In this document: piece by piece, positions 27,461 to 38,584 of the stretch
Numbering within the stretch: position 1 is the stretch's first letter
Layout of the letters: every line of letters begins with the position of its first letter
Source of the DNA: the human T2T-CHM13v2.0 reference genome, Homo sapiens
Reading direction: 5' to 3' (one strand)
Assembly: GCF_009914755.1 (NCBI RefSeq)
Contig: NC_060928.1
DNA length: 64,000 bases
The notes under the pieces: model-generated
Database searches by the model: none
Told to the model about the DNA's origin: nothing
Seen by the model: the letters and a program-made list of their open reading frames with translations, nothing else
Program-made: the position numbers and the translations under genes

Positions 27461-27831
27461 TTTATTAGTCCGTTTTCACACTGCTGATTGATATACCTGA
27501 GACTGGGTAATTTATAAAAGAAAGAGGTTTAGTTGGACTTACAGTTCCACGTGGCTGGGGAAGCCTCACAAACATGGCAGAAGGCAAGGAGGAGCAAGTC
27601 ACATTGTATGTGGATCGCAGCAGGCAAAGAGAGAATGATAGCCAGGCAAACCAGTTTTCCCATATCAAACCATCAGATCTTGTAGAGACTTATTAACTAC
27701 CATGAAAACAGTACGGGAGAAACCCACCCCCGTGATTCGGTCACCTCTCACTGGCTCCTTCCCATAACATATGGGAATTATAGGAACTACAAGATGAGAT
27801 TTGGGTGGGGACACAGAGCCAAACCATATCA
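27461..27831 (-). mobile_element. THE1B/C 3' LTR
   Basis: tattagtccgttttcacactgctga...gagatttgggtggggacacagagccaaaccatatca. Confidence 0.93.
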
Positions 27832-28809
27832 TTCTGCCCCGGCCCCTCCCAAATCTCATATCTTCACATTTCAAAACCAATCATGCCTTCCTAACAGTCC
27901 CCCGAAGTCTCAACTCATTTCAGCATTATCTCAAAAGTCCACAGTCCAAAGTCTCATCCTAGACAAGGCAAGTCCCTTCTGCATATAAGACTGTAAAATC
28001 AAAAGCAAATTAGTTATTTCCTAGATACATTGGGGGATACAGACATTGGGTAAATACAGCCCTTCCAAATGGGAAAAATTTGCCAAAACAAAGGGGCTAC
28101 AGGCCCCATGCAAGTCCAAAATCCAGTGGGGCAGTCAAATCTTAAAGCTCCAAAATGATCTTTGACTCCATTTCTCATGTCCAGGTCATGCTGATGCAAG
28201 AGATGGGTTCCCATGGTCTTGGGTGGCTCCACCCCTGTGGCTTCGAAGGGTAGAGCCTCCCTCCTGGCTGCTTTCACAGGCTGGCATTGAGCATCTGTGG
28301 CTTTTCCAGGCAAAAAGTGCAAGCTGTCAGTGGATAAACCCATTTTGGGGTCGGGAGAATGGTGGCCCTCTTCTCACAGAACCACTAGGCAGTGCCCCAG
28401 TGGAGACTGTGTGTGGGGCTCCAACCCCACATTTCCCTTCCACACTGCCCTAGCCAATGTTCTCCATGAGTGCCGCCCCATGCAGCAAACTTCTGCTTGG
28501 GCATCCAGGCATTTCCATACATCCTCTGAAATCTAGGCAGAGGTTCCCAAACCCCAGTTTTTGACTTCTGTGCACTCACAGTCTCAACACCACATGGAAG
28601 CTGCCATGGCTTGGGGCTTGCACCCTCTGAAGCCACAGCCTGAGCTCTATGTTGGCCCCTTTCAGCCATGGCTGGAGCAGCTGAGTCGCAGGGCACCACG
28701 TCTCTAGGCTGCACACAGCACTGGGACCCTGGGTCTGGCCCATGAAACCATTTTCTCCTCAGCCTCTGGAGATGGGATTTGGGTGGGGACACAGAGCCTA
28801 ACCATATCA
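27832..28809 (-). mobile_element. THE1 internal region fused to ~40-bp stub of 5' LTR (internally deleted provirus)
   Basis: THE1-int (ttctgccccggcccctcccaaatctca...) followed at 28769-28809 by a second copy of the LTR terminus gatttgggtggggacacagagcctaaccatatca. Confidence 0.9.
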
Positions 28810-29787
28810 TTACCCATTTAAATCCATAAGTGTTTTTGAGCTATTATTTATTCCTTCCTTGTATTTTTATTCTTATCAAAAATAACTTACCTTATTTTGG
28901 AAGAAATATACTTTTCAATCTAGCAAATGCTATTGGAGAACCTGTTCTATTTATATTTCAAATTCCCATGACATCGTATCTCTGTCTCTCTCTCTCTGTT
29001 AGGCTCTACTTCTATTTCTTTCTCTTTCTCTCTCTAATCTTGTTCTTTTTTGTCAGGATGCATATTTATTTATACAACAATATTTCTTAAATATTAATAT
29101 GTAAAATCAACTTTAATAATCTTCGCATGCTCCCAATGGAAACTAACTAACTTCAAAGCAGTAATGAACATGGCTTTATATTTTTATTCAAGATACTTAC
29201 GTAAGGTTAGATTAAGTTGTTTGTACTTCAGCCAAAATAAATCACAGATATTGTGCTTTATTTTTCATATTTTTAATTTAATGTTTATTATTTCTCTTAA
29301 ATCTTAAAAAACCTGCCACAGTGTTCAGATAGAAATTGAGGTTTATGGTAGAATTTTCTAGTCTACATAGAAATAACGTAACATATTACTTTATCAATCA
29401 TTTTCGTGAGTAGCTATTTCATCAACTTTTCAGACATTATCCTTGAGATGCTTACTTAATGTCTACTTCGCTGCCACCCCCTTCATATACCAGTGCAATG
29501 TCTATAAACAAACGTGTGAGTGCAGATGTTTTTATATTGCAGAAACTTACTGAGTATTTCAGCACACTATCATATAAGTGCATCTGAAGTTGTATTTATA
29601 TATCCTATCCACGCTTCCAAAAGAATAAACAAAAAAGCTGTCAAATATCATGGACACATTCAATAAAGAATTATTTCACATCAGTGATAGGACCCTTTAA
29701 GGCAGCTGCCAACATGGTCATGGATGGTTTCATAGAACTCCTGCAATGCTAAAGAATCCTTAGCGCTTGCATTAGTGTTCATCATGG

Positions 29788-30517
29788 TGTAACTGACCAG
29801 TGTTTTTTTCTTGCCCCCTGTCCAGATAAAGCTGATTTATCAAGGTTGGGGAAATGCAATAAAGAAAGAGGTTAATAATTCACAGAGCCAGCTGAATAGA
29901 ATACCAGAGTTTTATTTCTACACAAATCAGTCTCCCAGGTAATTTTGAGGCTAATGTTTTTTAATGGTAATTTGGGGGAAGGTGTGGGAGTGGCTAGACA
30001 TTGGATGCTTGCTACTGATTGGTTGGGGGTGCAATCGTAGGAATGTGGGAAATGGTCCTCCTGTGCACTGAATCTCTTCTGGGTGGAGCCACAGGAGCAG
30101 TTGGCAGGTCCAAGTGGAGCCATCACTCATCAGACATAAAAACTGAAAAGATATCTCAAAGGGCCAGTCTTAGGTTCTACATTAGAGATGTCATGTACAG
30201 GAGTAATTGGGGAATTTGCATATCTTGTGACCTCTGCAATAATGGCTGGAAGTTGTTTATTTATACAGATTAGCAGAATTCAGGCTTCTCTATCCTCCTA
30301 GCCTGGTGGCGTCTCATTAGCTTTACAAAGGTGATAGAGTTTGTGGGAAGGGCTTTATCATTTAAGCTATAAACTAAATGTCTCCTGAAGTCAGCTTGGC
30401 CCAGCCCCAGGAATAATTAAGGACAGCTTGAAGGCCAAATGCAAGATGGGGGTTGGTGAGATCAGATCTTCTCCACTGCCATAATTTTCTGTTATAATTT
30501 TTGCAAAGGTGGTTTCA
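29788..30517 (-). mobile_element. LTR8A/B-like ERV1 solo LTR
   Basis: tgtaactgacc...ataatttttgcaaaggtggtttca; homologous to the LTR8 at 25241; TSD atgg / atga. Confidence 0.85.
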
Positions 30518-30690
30518 ATGATAACCCATAAAAAAGACACAGATTTTAGATAGTAGCATATGCTTAACTTTATTACTGATTCTTCTCTAGTTGTTCAGTA
30601 AATATCTTGTGGGACACTAATCAACCAATTTAAAAAGACAAATCAACATTCTCAAATTGTCCTTGGATATTGGGAAGCAGAGTATAACCT

Positions 30691-31332
30691 TGAAAAGGAA
30701 AATTACAAATAATGTCAGGACCCCCCCCCCCACCCCACAACCCCACCTGCAAACTTCTTATGCGAAAGAGAAGGTCTTGCAACACTCTCTTCCAAATGAG
30801 TAGTTGTTACTAGATTATGCATCAGCCAGATCCTCCAGGAGAGGTAAAAGGCCTCAGGCATCAAGAAAAAGACAGGCTTCTGGGATCATTCATGAGTGAA
30901 TTCTTTGCTGGCCTCTCATAAACAAGGACATGCCAATTATAACTGTATGTCTACAATCTAAGTCTAGCTCCTAATGGACACTGAAAATGTCCATTAGAGG
31001 CTTATCTTCTCAGAGGTAGAACAGTCAAGACTCCTTCCTTCACCTACCTAGAGACTTCTGCATAATTGACTCTTCTGTTACTCCATTTGTCTCTTCAGTA
31101 ATTCACCTTATCATCTTAAGAGGTATTAACCTAAGAACCTACCTGCCCCCCATCTGCCTTCCTCCTCCTCTCATTTAAAGAAATGTATGAACACTAAGCC
31201 TTTTGAAAATCTCTTCAGAAAAACAGCCACAGATTTGTCTGTGGCTTGTGTTTTTCCTGGGATATGTCCAAAAGTGGCTTAATAAACCTCCATGATCAAG
31301 ATTTATGCCTCAGTCACTTATTTCCATTGTCA
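30691..31332 (+). mobile_element. ERV1 MER4-group solo LTR (subfamily not resolved)
   Basis: TG...CA termini; tgaaaaggaaaatt...ggacccc start; aataaacctc polyA signal near 3' end; TSD acct / atct. Confidence 0.7.
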
Positions 31333-33379
31333 ATCTTACTCTAAAGAGAAATTTGAAAGGCCAGTTAAATAAGCGGTATACATGCTTTTTCTTTTTTGCT
31401 AGTTTTGTTAAATTTTTCTTTTCTTCCTTCCTGAGGCAAACTAACTTTGATACAAAGGATGTAAGTAACATTCTATAATAGCTACAGAACTAGTTGAGGG
31501 CAAATCAGCTTTAAAACCCTTTCCTAAATTCTCAGAAGAGAGATCTCTCAATAGTTCACATTTGGTGGAAGAAAATATCACCAGCAAGGAGTTCAACATC
31601 ATTAGAGTAATGATAATTGGAAAACAATCATGCTGAGCCAGATAATCTTTACACACAGATGACAACAGATGATATTCAAATGTTCTGTTAGAAGACAGAA
31701 ACAACCTTAGAGGGTCAAGTGAATGCATTCCACTCATTTGCAAGCAGTGGGGATCACTGAGATTAAAAAAAATGAAAACAAAACAGAGCATTAGGAGCAC
31801 TGTCATTGGAAATAAGATGATTCCTTCTAAACATACACTTGCCTGAAATTTAGCCTAAACTTCACAGCTTCTAATAATGTCAGTCCTTGAAAATACAGTT
31901 TAGAAGAAGAATCCTGTCTTTCATGCCCACCTGACGGATAATTATGAATGACTTGAGAAAATATTAAATGATGAACATGATTAGGTGCTAAATAAACACT
32001 TCACCAATTGAATCGGAGGTTTACTAAAATCTCTAGTTGGACCCATTGCAAAAGATGCTGATACCTTATTGAAATGCTACCTTTACTGTAAGCACATATA
32101 CCTATATGATGGCTGTTCTGGAATACGGAGATGCCAAAAAGCTAAGCTTAAAATAACACCATATACTGGAAAATGTATTTGGCAAATTATCAGGAAACTA
32201 AAAGTTTTGCTATTGATTAACTTGCTTCTTAACTTACTTCATTTTAATTTCCTTAACTGCAAAGTTATTTTTACTATGATCTCTCAGTGTTCTTCCAGCA
32301 TTAAATTATGATTCCAGAGATGTTTCAATCACATCATAACAAATTTCACAAGTGTAGGAAGAGTTGATCTGAATAAACATAAGAATAGCATTAATTATTT
32401 GTGTTGATATCTAATAGTAATTATCAAAAAGATCCTTGGGGATTCGTTTGGTGGCTTTTCTTTAACCAAACAGTTCATAAAATCAAGTCAATGCAATGAG
32501 TATTGATGAAAGTCAAGATATTTTTAAGACATAGATAGGACCTATTTTGAACATTTACTGAGTGATTGAAAACTATACAACACATACATCAATTATAAAA
32601 GAAGTCACTTAAATAAGTATAATCATTTTACACCTTATATCTTACTGCATTCAGTTAATCCCTTCTGATAATTTCCTGAGAAATATAGACGCTAAAGAAC
32701 TACAATAGAAACATATCTGGTATATAATTTTGAAAGAATTAGAACAATAAAATTTAGGAAAATATTTGGAGAAGGTAACCTACTCTATTAAGAGAGCAAC
32801 AGACTTTTCCTCAACTCCTTCCTCTCTCCCTTAGGTACAGAAATATGTGTCTTGGGGATGAAGTATTGTCTTTAGGTAGAAAGTTCGTGGAAAAATACCA
32901 AGAATTTTCATGGGTTTCTGGACAAGAAAAAAATACTAGCAAGAGATAGGCTTTGGGTAATTTACAACTTTTACCTCTCTAGCTGGCATCAGAGACAGAT
33001 TCACTCAACATACATTCCAATCCCCTTATAGCTGCTTCCTTTTACTATAAAGACCAGGACAATTATAGGCAGAATAATAGAAGTTCCTGGTTTTGCTTCC
33101 CTGAGGCAGTTGTTGAGTGGATAGTTTTATTATCTGGAAGTTGTTGCTGGTCCTTTGCAAGCTTGCTTTACAGATGGATACACTTCATGCTATAGGGATG
33201 TTATGGGTATTGATCCTGGTAGTTTCACACTCTAAGGTTTGGCACAGATTCATGATGTCTGAACCAATTGGTAACTGCAGCCTTTCAGTACATTCATTTA
33301 CTGTAGTCTTATAGTAGGGCCAGCTTTCTTATTACTGCTCTGTTTCTTAGTGAATAGACATCATAAAGCAGAAAAGGAA

Positions 33380-33430
33380 TGTATGTGTATGTGCATGTGT
33401 ATGTGTGTGTGTGTGTGTGTGGATGTGTGG
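33380..33430. repeat. (TG)n microsatellite
   Basis: gtatgtgtatgtgcatgtgtatgtgtgtgtgtgtgtgtgt. Confidence 0.9.
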
Positions 33431-33584
33431 TCTGGGGCAAGGATGCAGAGTAAAGGAGTCCTACAAAGAAGACAGAGAAAAATAATACAGAAATAAACTA
33501 AGTGCATTTATATTAAAACTATTTAGCTAAAACAGTGTTGTCTAAGTATAATTGCTAAGATTGTGAAATAGGATTAAAGTAGAA

Positions 33585-33765
33585 GATTCGTGGAAGTGAA
33601 ACATTATACCTGCCTAATTCGACCAATCAAAATGGTTTTGAATGTTTACAATTCTGATTTGTAATATTTAAGCCGTGATGAATTATTATTTGTCCCTAAC
33701 TTTTCACCAATTTTTGTGGCACTTAAAAAAAATGGCCCTAGAAAAAGTCCATACTATTTGAACAC
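33585..33765. mobile_element. hAT-Charlie MITE (Charlie4z-like)
   Basis: gaccaatcaaaatggttttgaatgtttac...atttgtccctaac...gtggc...ggccc resembles recalled Charlie4z consensus. Confidence 0.45.
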
Positions 33766-33839
33766 TTTTCCTCAAAAGCAAACAAATATGTGGGTTAATT
33801 TCTAGATATTTTATTATTTTTGCTTTGTTTTGCTGGTAT

Positions 33840-35140
33840 TGTGTCCGGAATTGGTGGGTTCTTGGTCTCACCGACTTCAAGAATGAAGTTGCGGACCCTC
33901 GCAGTGAGTGTTACAGGTCTTAAGGTGGCGCGTCTGGAGTTTGTTCCTTCTGATGTGCGGATGTGTTCAGAGTTTCTTCCTTCTGGTGGGTTCGTGGTCT
34001 CGCTGGCTCAGGAGTGAAGCTGCAGACCTTCGCGGTGACTGTTACAGCTCATAAAAGCAGTGTGGACCCAAAGAGTGAGCAGTAGCAAGGTTTATTGCAA
34101 ACAGCGAAAGAACAAAGCTTCCACAGTGTGGAAAGGGACCCGAGCGGGTTGCCACTGCTGGCTGGGGCAGCCTGCTTTTATTCTCTTATCTGGCCCCACC
34201 CACATCCTGCTGATTGGTAGAGCCCAGTGGTTTGTTTTGACAGGGCGCTGATTGGTGCGTTTACAATCCCTGAGCTAGACACAAAGGTTCTCCACGTCCC
34301 CACTAGATTAGCTAGATACAGAGTGTCCACACAAAGGTTCTCCAAAAGTCCCCACCAGAGTAGCTAGATACAGAGTGTCAATTGGTGCATTCACAAACCC
34401 TGAACTAGACACACGGTGCTGATTGGTGTATTTACAATCCCTGAGCTAGACATAAAGGTTCTCCACCTCCCCACCAGACTCAGGAGCCCACTTGGCTTCA
34501 CCCAGTGGATCCTGCACCGGGGCTGCAGGTGAAGCTGCCTGCCAGTCCCGCGCCGTGCACCCATACTCCTCAGCCCTTGGGTGGTGATGGGACTAGGCGC
34601 TGTGGAGCAGGGGGCGGTGCTCATCGGGGAGGCTCAGGCGGCACAGGAGCCCACGGAGGGGGGTGGGAGGCTCAGGCATGGCGGGCTGCAGGTCCCAAGC
34701 CCTACCCCACGGGAAGGCAGCTAAGGCCCGGCGAGAAATCGAACGCAGCGCCAGTGGGCTGGCACTGCTGGGGGACCCAGTACACCCTCCGCAGCCGCTG
34801 GCCTGGGTGCTAAGCCCCTCATTACCGGGGGCCGGCGGGGCCGGCAGGGCCGGCCAGCTGCTCCGAGTGCGGGGCCTGCCAAGCCCACGCCCACCCGGAA
34901 TTCCAGCTGGCCCGCAAGCGCAGCGCGCAGCTCGGGTTCCGCTCATGCCTCTCCCTCCACACCTCCCTGCAAGCTGAGGGAGCCGGCTCCCGCCTTGGCC
35001 GGCCCAGAAAGGGGCTCCCGCAGCGCAGCGGTGGGCTGAAGGGCTCCTCAAGTAAGTGCCGCCAATGTGGGAGTCCAGGCAGAGGAGGCACGGAGAGCGA
35101 GTGAGGGCTGTGAGGACTGCCAGCATGCTGTCACCTCTCA
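33840..35140 (-). mobile_element. LTR12C (HERV9) solo LTR, full length
   Basis: tgtgtccggaattggtgggttcttggtctc...gcatgctgtcacctctca; perfect 4-bp TSD gtat (33836-33839, 35141-35144); CpG-rich U3. Confidence 0.96.
34170..34470 (-). promoter_or_regulatory. LTR12C U3 promoter/enhancer with tandem CCAAT (NF-Y) repeat units
   Basis: attgg (CCAAT on minus strand) at ~34213, 34251, 34381, 34422 within tandem gctagac/ataca units; AATAAA TATA-like box on minus strand at ~34177-34182. Confidence 0.7.
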
Positions 35141-37054
35141 GTATGATTTCTTATAAAATATCAAGGCAATGTACAAAATGTGAGGGTGTAAGATTTTAAG
35201 CCTGGCTATAGAGAAATGTATGGATTAATGTGAGGGGCATGCAAAAAGAATATAAAAAAGTGAAGAAAACTTTGGCAGATGGAACTGTAATGAGTTAGAA
35301 ACCATGAAAATGTAGCAGAAGCTATTGGTACAGTTCCGTTAATTTCTTCAGAAGCCCTTACCAGTTCAAAAGTTAAAGGAGAAAGCAGATGGTGAAGTTT
35401 TGCTTGGTTCAGAAAAAACGGCAGGAAAGATAACAACAAAAAGGAATAAAAACGATGGATACTGTTATCCCTACAAAGCTGAAACCAAGATTTTCTCTAA
35501 CTACGCTCCTTCTGAGAAGCATTTACTACATAAAACTGCCTCTGCCTTGATATCTGAAAAAAAAGTGTATATGATACCAATTTGGGTGAAAAAAATTTGG
35601 CCTGAGATGACATCTGTAAAAGCTGAGGATTTGCTTTTGTTTTTAAATATTGTAGGCGTGGGGCCAGTTTTGTGACACTCTTCCGGTTTTTGTTAAATTT
35701 TTGAATTTAAACAAAACAAAGAAGACTTACTGTTGAACTAATTAAACTTTTTCTTAAAGAATCCATTTCCATTTCAGAAGACAGCCCAGACTGTAGGTGT
35801 TGAAACAACTTTATTTCTCTGGGGGAATCTATGTGAAAAGCCTGGGGCTGACAGCAAGCCGAATTAGAACTGCAGAGAACGAGAATTGATGTTAGGCTTC
35901 AATTTTCTTTTGGGCTTTAGTTCAGAAAGGACATATTTTGATTTTGGTTTTAATTCCTTTGGGTTCCAAATGAACATTAAAAATTCCTTCAAGTTAAAAC
36001 AAAAAGAAATTTTATTGTATTGAATTCTAAGTTATAAAATTTTGTCTCCGGGAAATTCAGAAAGTTAAAGCCATGTTCAGATCATTCAATCCTATGTGTG
36101 TAGGGGAGTGTGTTTGAAACACATATGAATTTAAATTTATTCTGTTGGGAATGCTGATTTTTGCTTAGTTGCGTTTCAGCTTTACAACATGTGTAATTTT
36201 AACCGAGGAGTTAGTTAGCATATGGATCCTGTGTAGCCCTGGTAGAGGATTTGTTTCTGATGAGTGGTTTTACATTTGTTTTGCTGGGAGCTTATAAAAT
36301 GTCAATATTCAGGACCTGGTATTTAAGATAATTTTTCAAGTTAGGCATTCTGAGTTAGCAATAAGTAGGGCATACATTTCAACTTCAAAGCCATGAATAG
36401 TTACATGGTTACAAATTATCTAGACAGATATTTTTAACCTAAAAACCAGGTAGTAATAGAAAGGCTTCTTTGCCTTCTTCTTCTGCTTGTTAGTGGGTTA
36501 TTATTTTTTTGATAGTTCACTTTTTTAATAATTCGTAAGCCCTTTGAGGATTCCTTCATCACATGAGGCTCTAAGATCAACCTTCAGCTCCCATGGGCTC
36601 AAATCTCATATCCTTCCTCCAACACGTGTTAAAACTCAGGCCCTTTGGTGACTAGAATGGTATTCTTTATATCATTCTAGATTAGCCAGTGCATCCTCCT
36701 ATCTGCTAACTGAACTGGTTTATGTTTTTCTATACTCCTGACACCAAAGGTTTTAATCTACTCTAACTTGATTTGAAGCTATGCATTTAAAAAATATTAA
36801 AATTGTATGTAATATTTCTACGTATTTGCCATGGGAAGTGTTTCTGGCTGTCAAGTTAACAGGCTGCTGGAATCAGAAGTTTTTATTTGAGTATTAGTAA
36901 ATATTTAAACTCTTAAAATAGTTTCTTCTATACTAATTCATCTATTTAAGTTCATACTTCCTGGGAAAATGTTGATAATTGATGCTTTACAAGAAATATT
37001 CTAATTATTTTATATTTTCAAATTTCTTATTATAGAGTTACAATATATTGTTAA

Positions 37055-37200
37055 GTAATGAACAATATTAAGGTTTATTGAGTGCCTCACACATTCTAGG
37101 CACTGTTGTATGCACCAGGGATGTAACGATAAACCAAATAGTGCTTTTCTCTGCCCTTCTTCAGTCTCCATTCTAGTGGGGAATTTATAATGCAAACAAA
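37055..37200 (-). mobile_element. L2 3' end
   Basis: tttattgagtgcctc...ctaggcactgttg...gggatgta...ctgccct...ttctagtgggga. Confidence 0.7.
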
Positions 37201-37782
37201 TAAAAAATAAAAATGTAAAGGACTTACTTAAAAAATCCTTAGGCTACATTTTGTATTTTTGCACATATCAAAATAATAGTGGTTTAGTAGACAGAAAATT
37301 ATCTCACAAAAAATATACAGAAGTAGGCAGGCAAATGTGAGGGCAGGAGTTCAACTATAAATCAAGGACCAGACACTTTCATCATCTGCCATCTTCAATA
37401 TGCTGGTGGTGGTGTTTATAATAATGTTAATGTTGATGATATTGTTTAGCATGCTTATTGCTTTATGCTGTCACAGTTTGAAGAAATTAAAGCTAGTGAA
37501 GTATTTTAGCTCATAATCAGTGTTTAGAGCGTGTATTATGTATTCCTGGAGAGTCTATCACCAATCATTTAGAAAAAATAATAAACATATTTGACTTTAA
37601 AAATCCTATTTGACATTTATGTAGCCTATTCTTAGGGAGTATACTGTTGTCCATTTGGATTTCATAATAGTTGTTGGGTAGATTGGTAGCAGGATTCATT
37701 CTCATCGCTGTTTCCTCTCCTCTATATTTAATTTTAAGACAAATTATTAAAATACCTGACTTTCATTCAGTACAGATGCAAG

Positions 37783-38584
37783 TGAGATGAGATAGTTCCC
37801 TTGACCCCTTCACAGAACTTGTAAATGGGTAGCTTGCTTACTCAGTCCACAGTGCTCAAACCCCTTGAGAGTGGGGGGATCACACAGGTGAGTGAGTGGG
37901 TGCAGGAGCCAGGGCAAGGGCCTTTGGGCGCCGGCAGAAACAAACCCCATACTTTCCCACGACAGCGTCTAGGGGTTGCCTGTGACCTCTGGAGCCCCAG
38001 AGGGCATGTGTTACAGTGTGCTCCTTTAGCTTTGTCATCTGTGGATGGCTTAAGTGTTAAACAGCTCAGTGCAGAGTCAGTGTGACAGCCTCTTGCGCCC
38101 ACACCCGGCTCTTTGTCCGGTGTCCAGGAGTAATGATGTCTGCAAATCAATTGGAGGGTGGTAAATGCGGAGGATTTTACTAAGCAGTGGAAGTGGCTCT
38201 CAGTGGGAAGGGGAGCTAGAAGGCAGATGGAGTGGGAAGATAATCTTCCCCTGGAGTTCATCTGCCCCTGGCCGAACTCTTCTCAGAAGTCCCGCGGTCA
38301 AGCCATCCCTCTGAAGTCAAGCTGCTTTTCTCTAACATCGAGCTGCTTCTCTTCTCTCCTTCTCTGCCTCTCGCTCTGCACTTCTGCCAGTGGAGCTTGG
38401 GGTTTTTATGGGTACAGAGTAGGGGGCAGGGCAGGCCAGGGTGGCTTTGGAAAAGGTAACATTCAGGTGGGAAAACAGAAATGCATGTTCTTATTTACAG
38501 CCATGGTCCAGGCTTGAGGGTGGAGCCCTCACGAGAGACCTCACCATTTTCTACCTAGTATTTCCCTGTCTCCTGTCTATATCG
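37783..38584 (-). mobile_element. MER50B-like ERV1 solo LTR
   Basis: Reverse complement of MER50 (agtatttccctgtctcctgtc, ccatccctctgaagtcaagctgc, ggtttttatgggtacag); TSD caag / cagg. Confidence 0.85.

Noticed and set aside
27465-28536. Overlapping ORFs on both strands
   Set aside because: Lie within the THE1 LTR/internal sequence; fragments of a decayed MaLR.
33820-35126. GC-rich ORFs up to 177 aa and CpG-island appearance
   Set aside because: Entirely within LTR12C; stop-poor because of GC content, not a host gene promoter or exon.
37825-38517. 86-139-aa ORFs
   Set aside because: Within the MER50B LTR.
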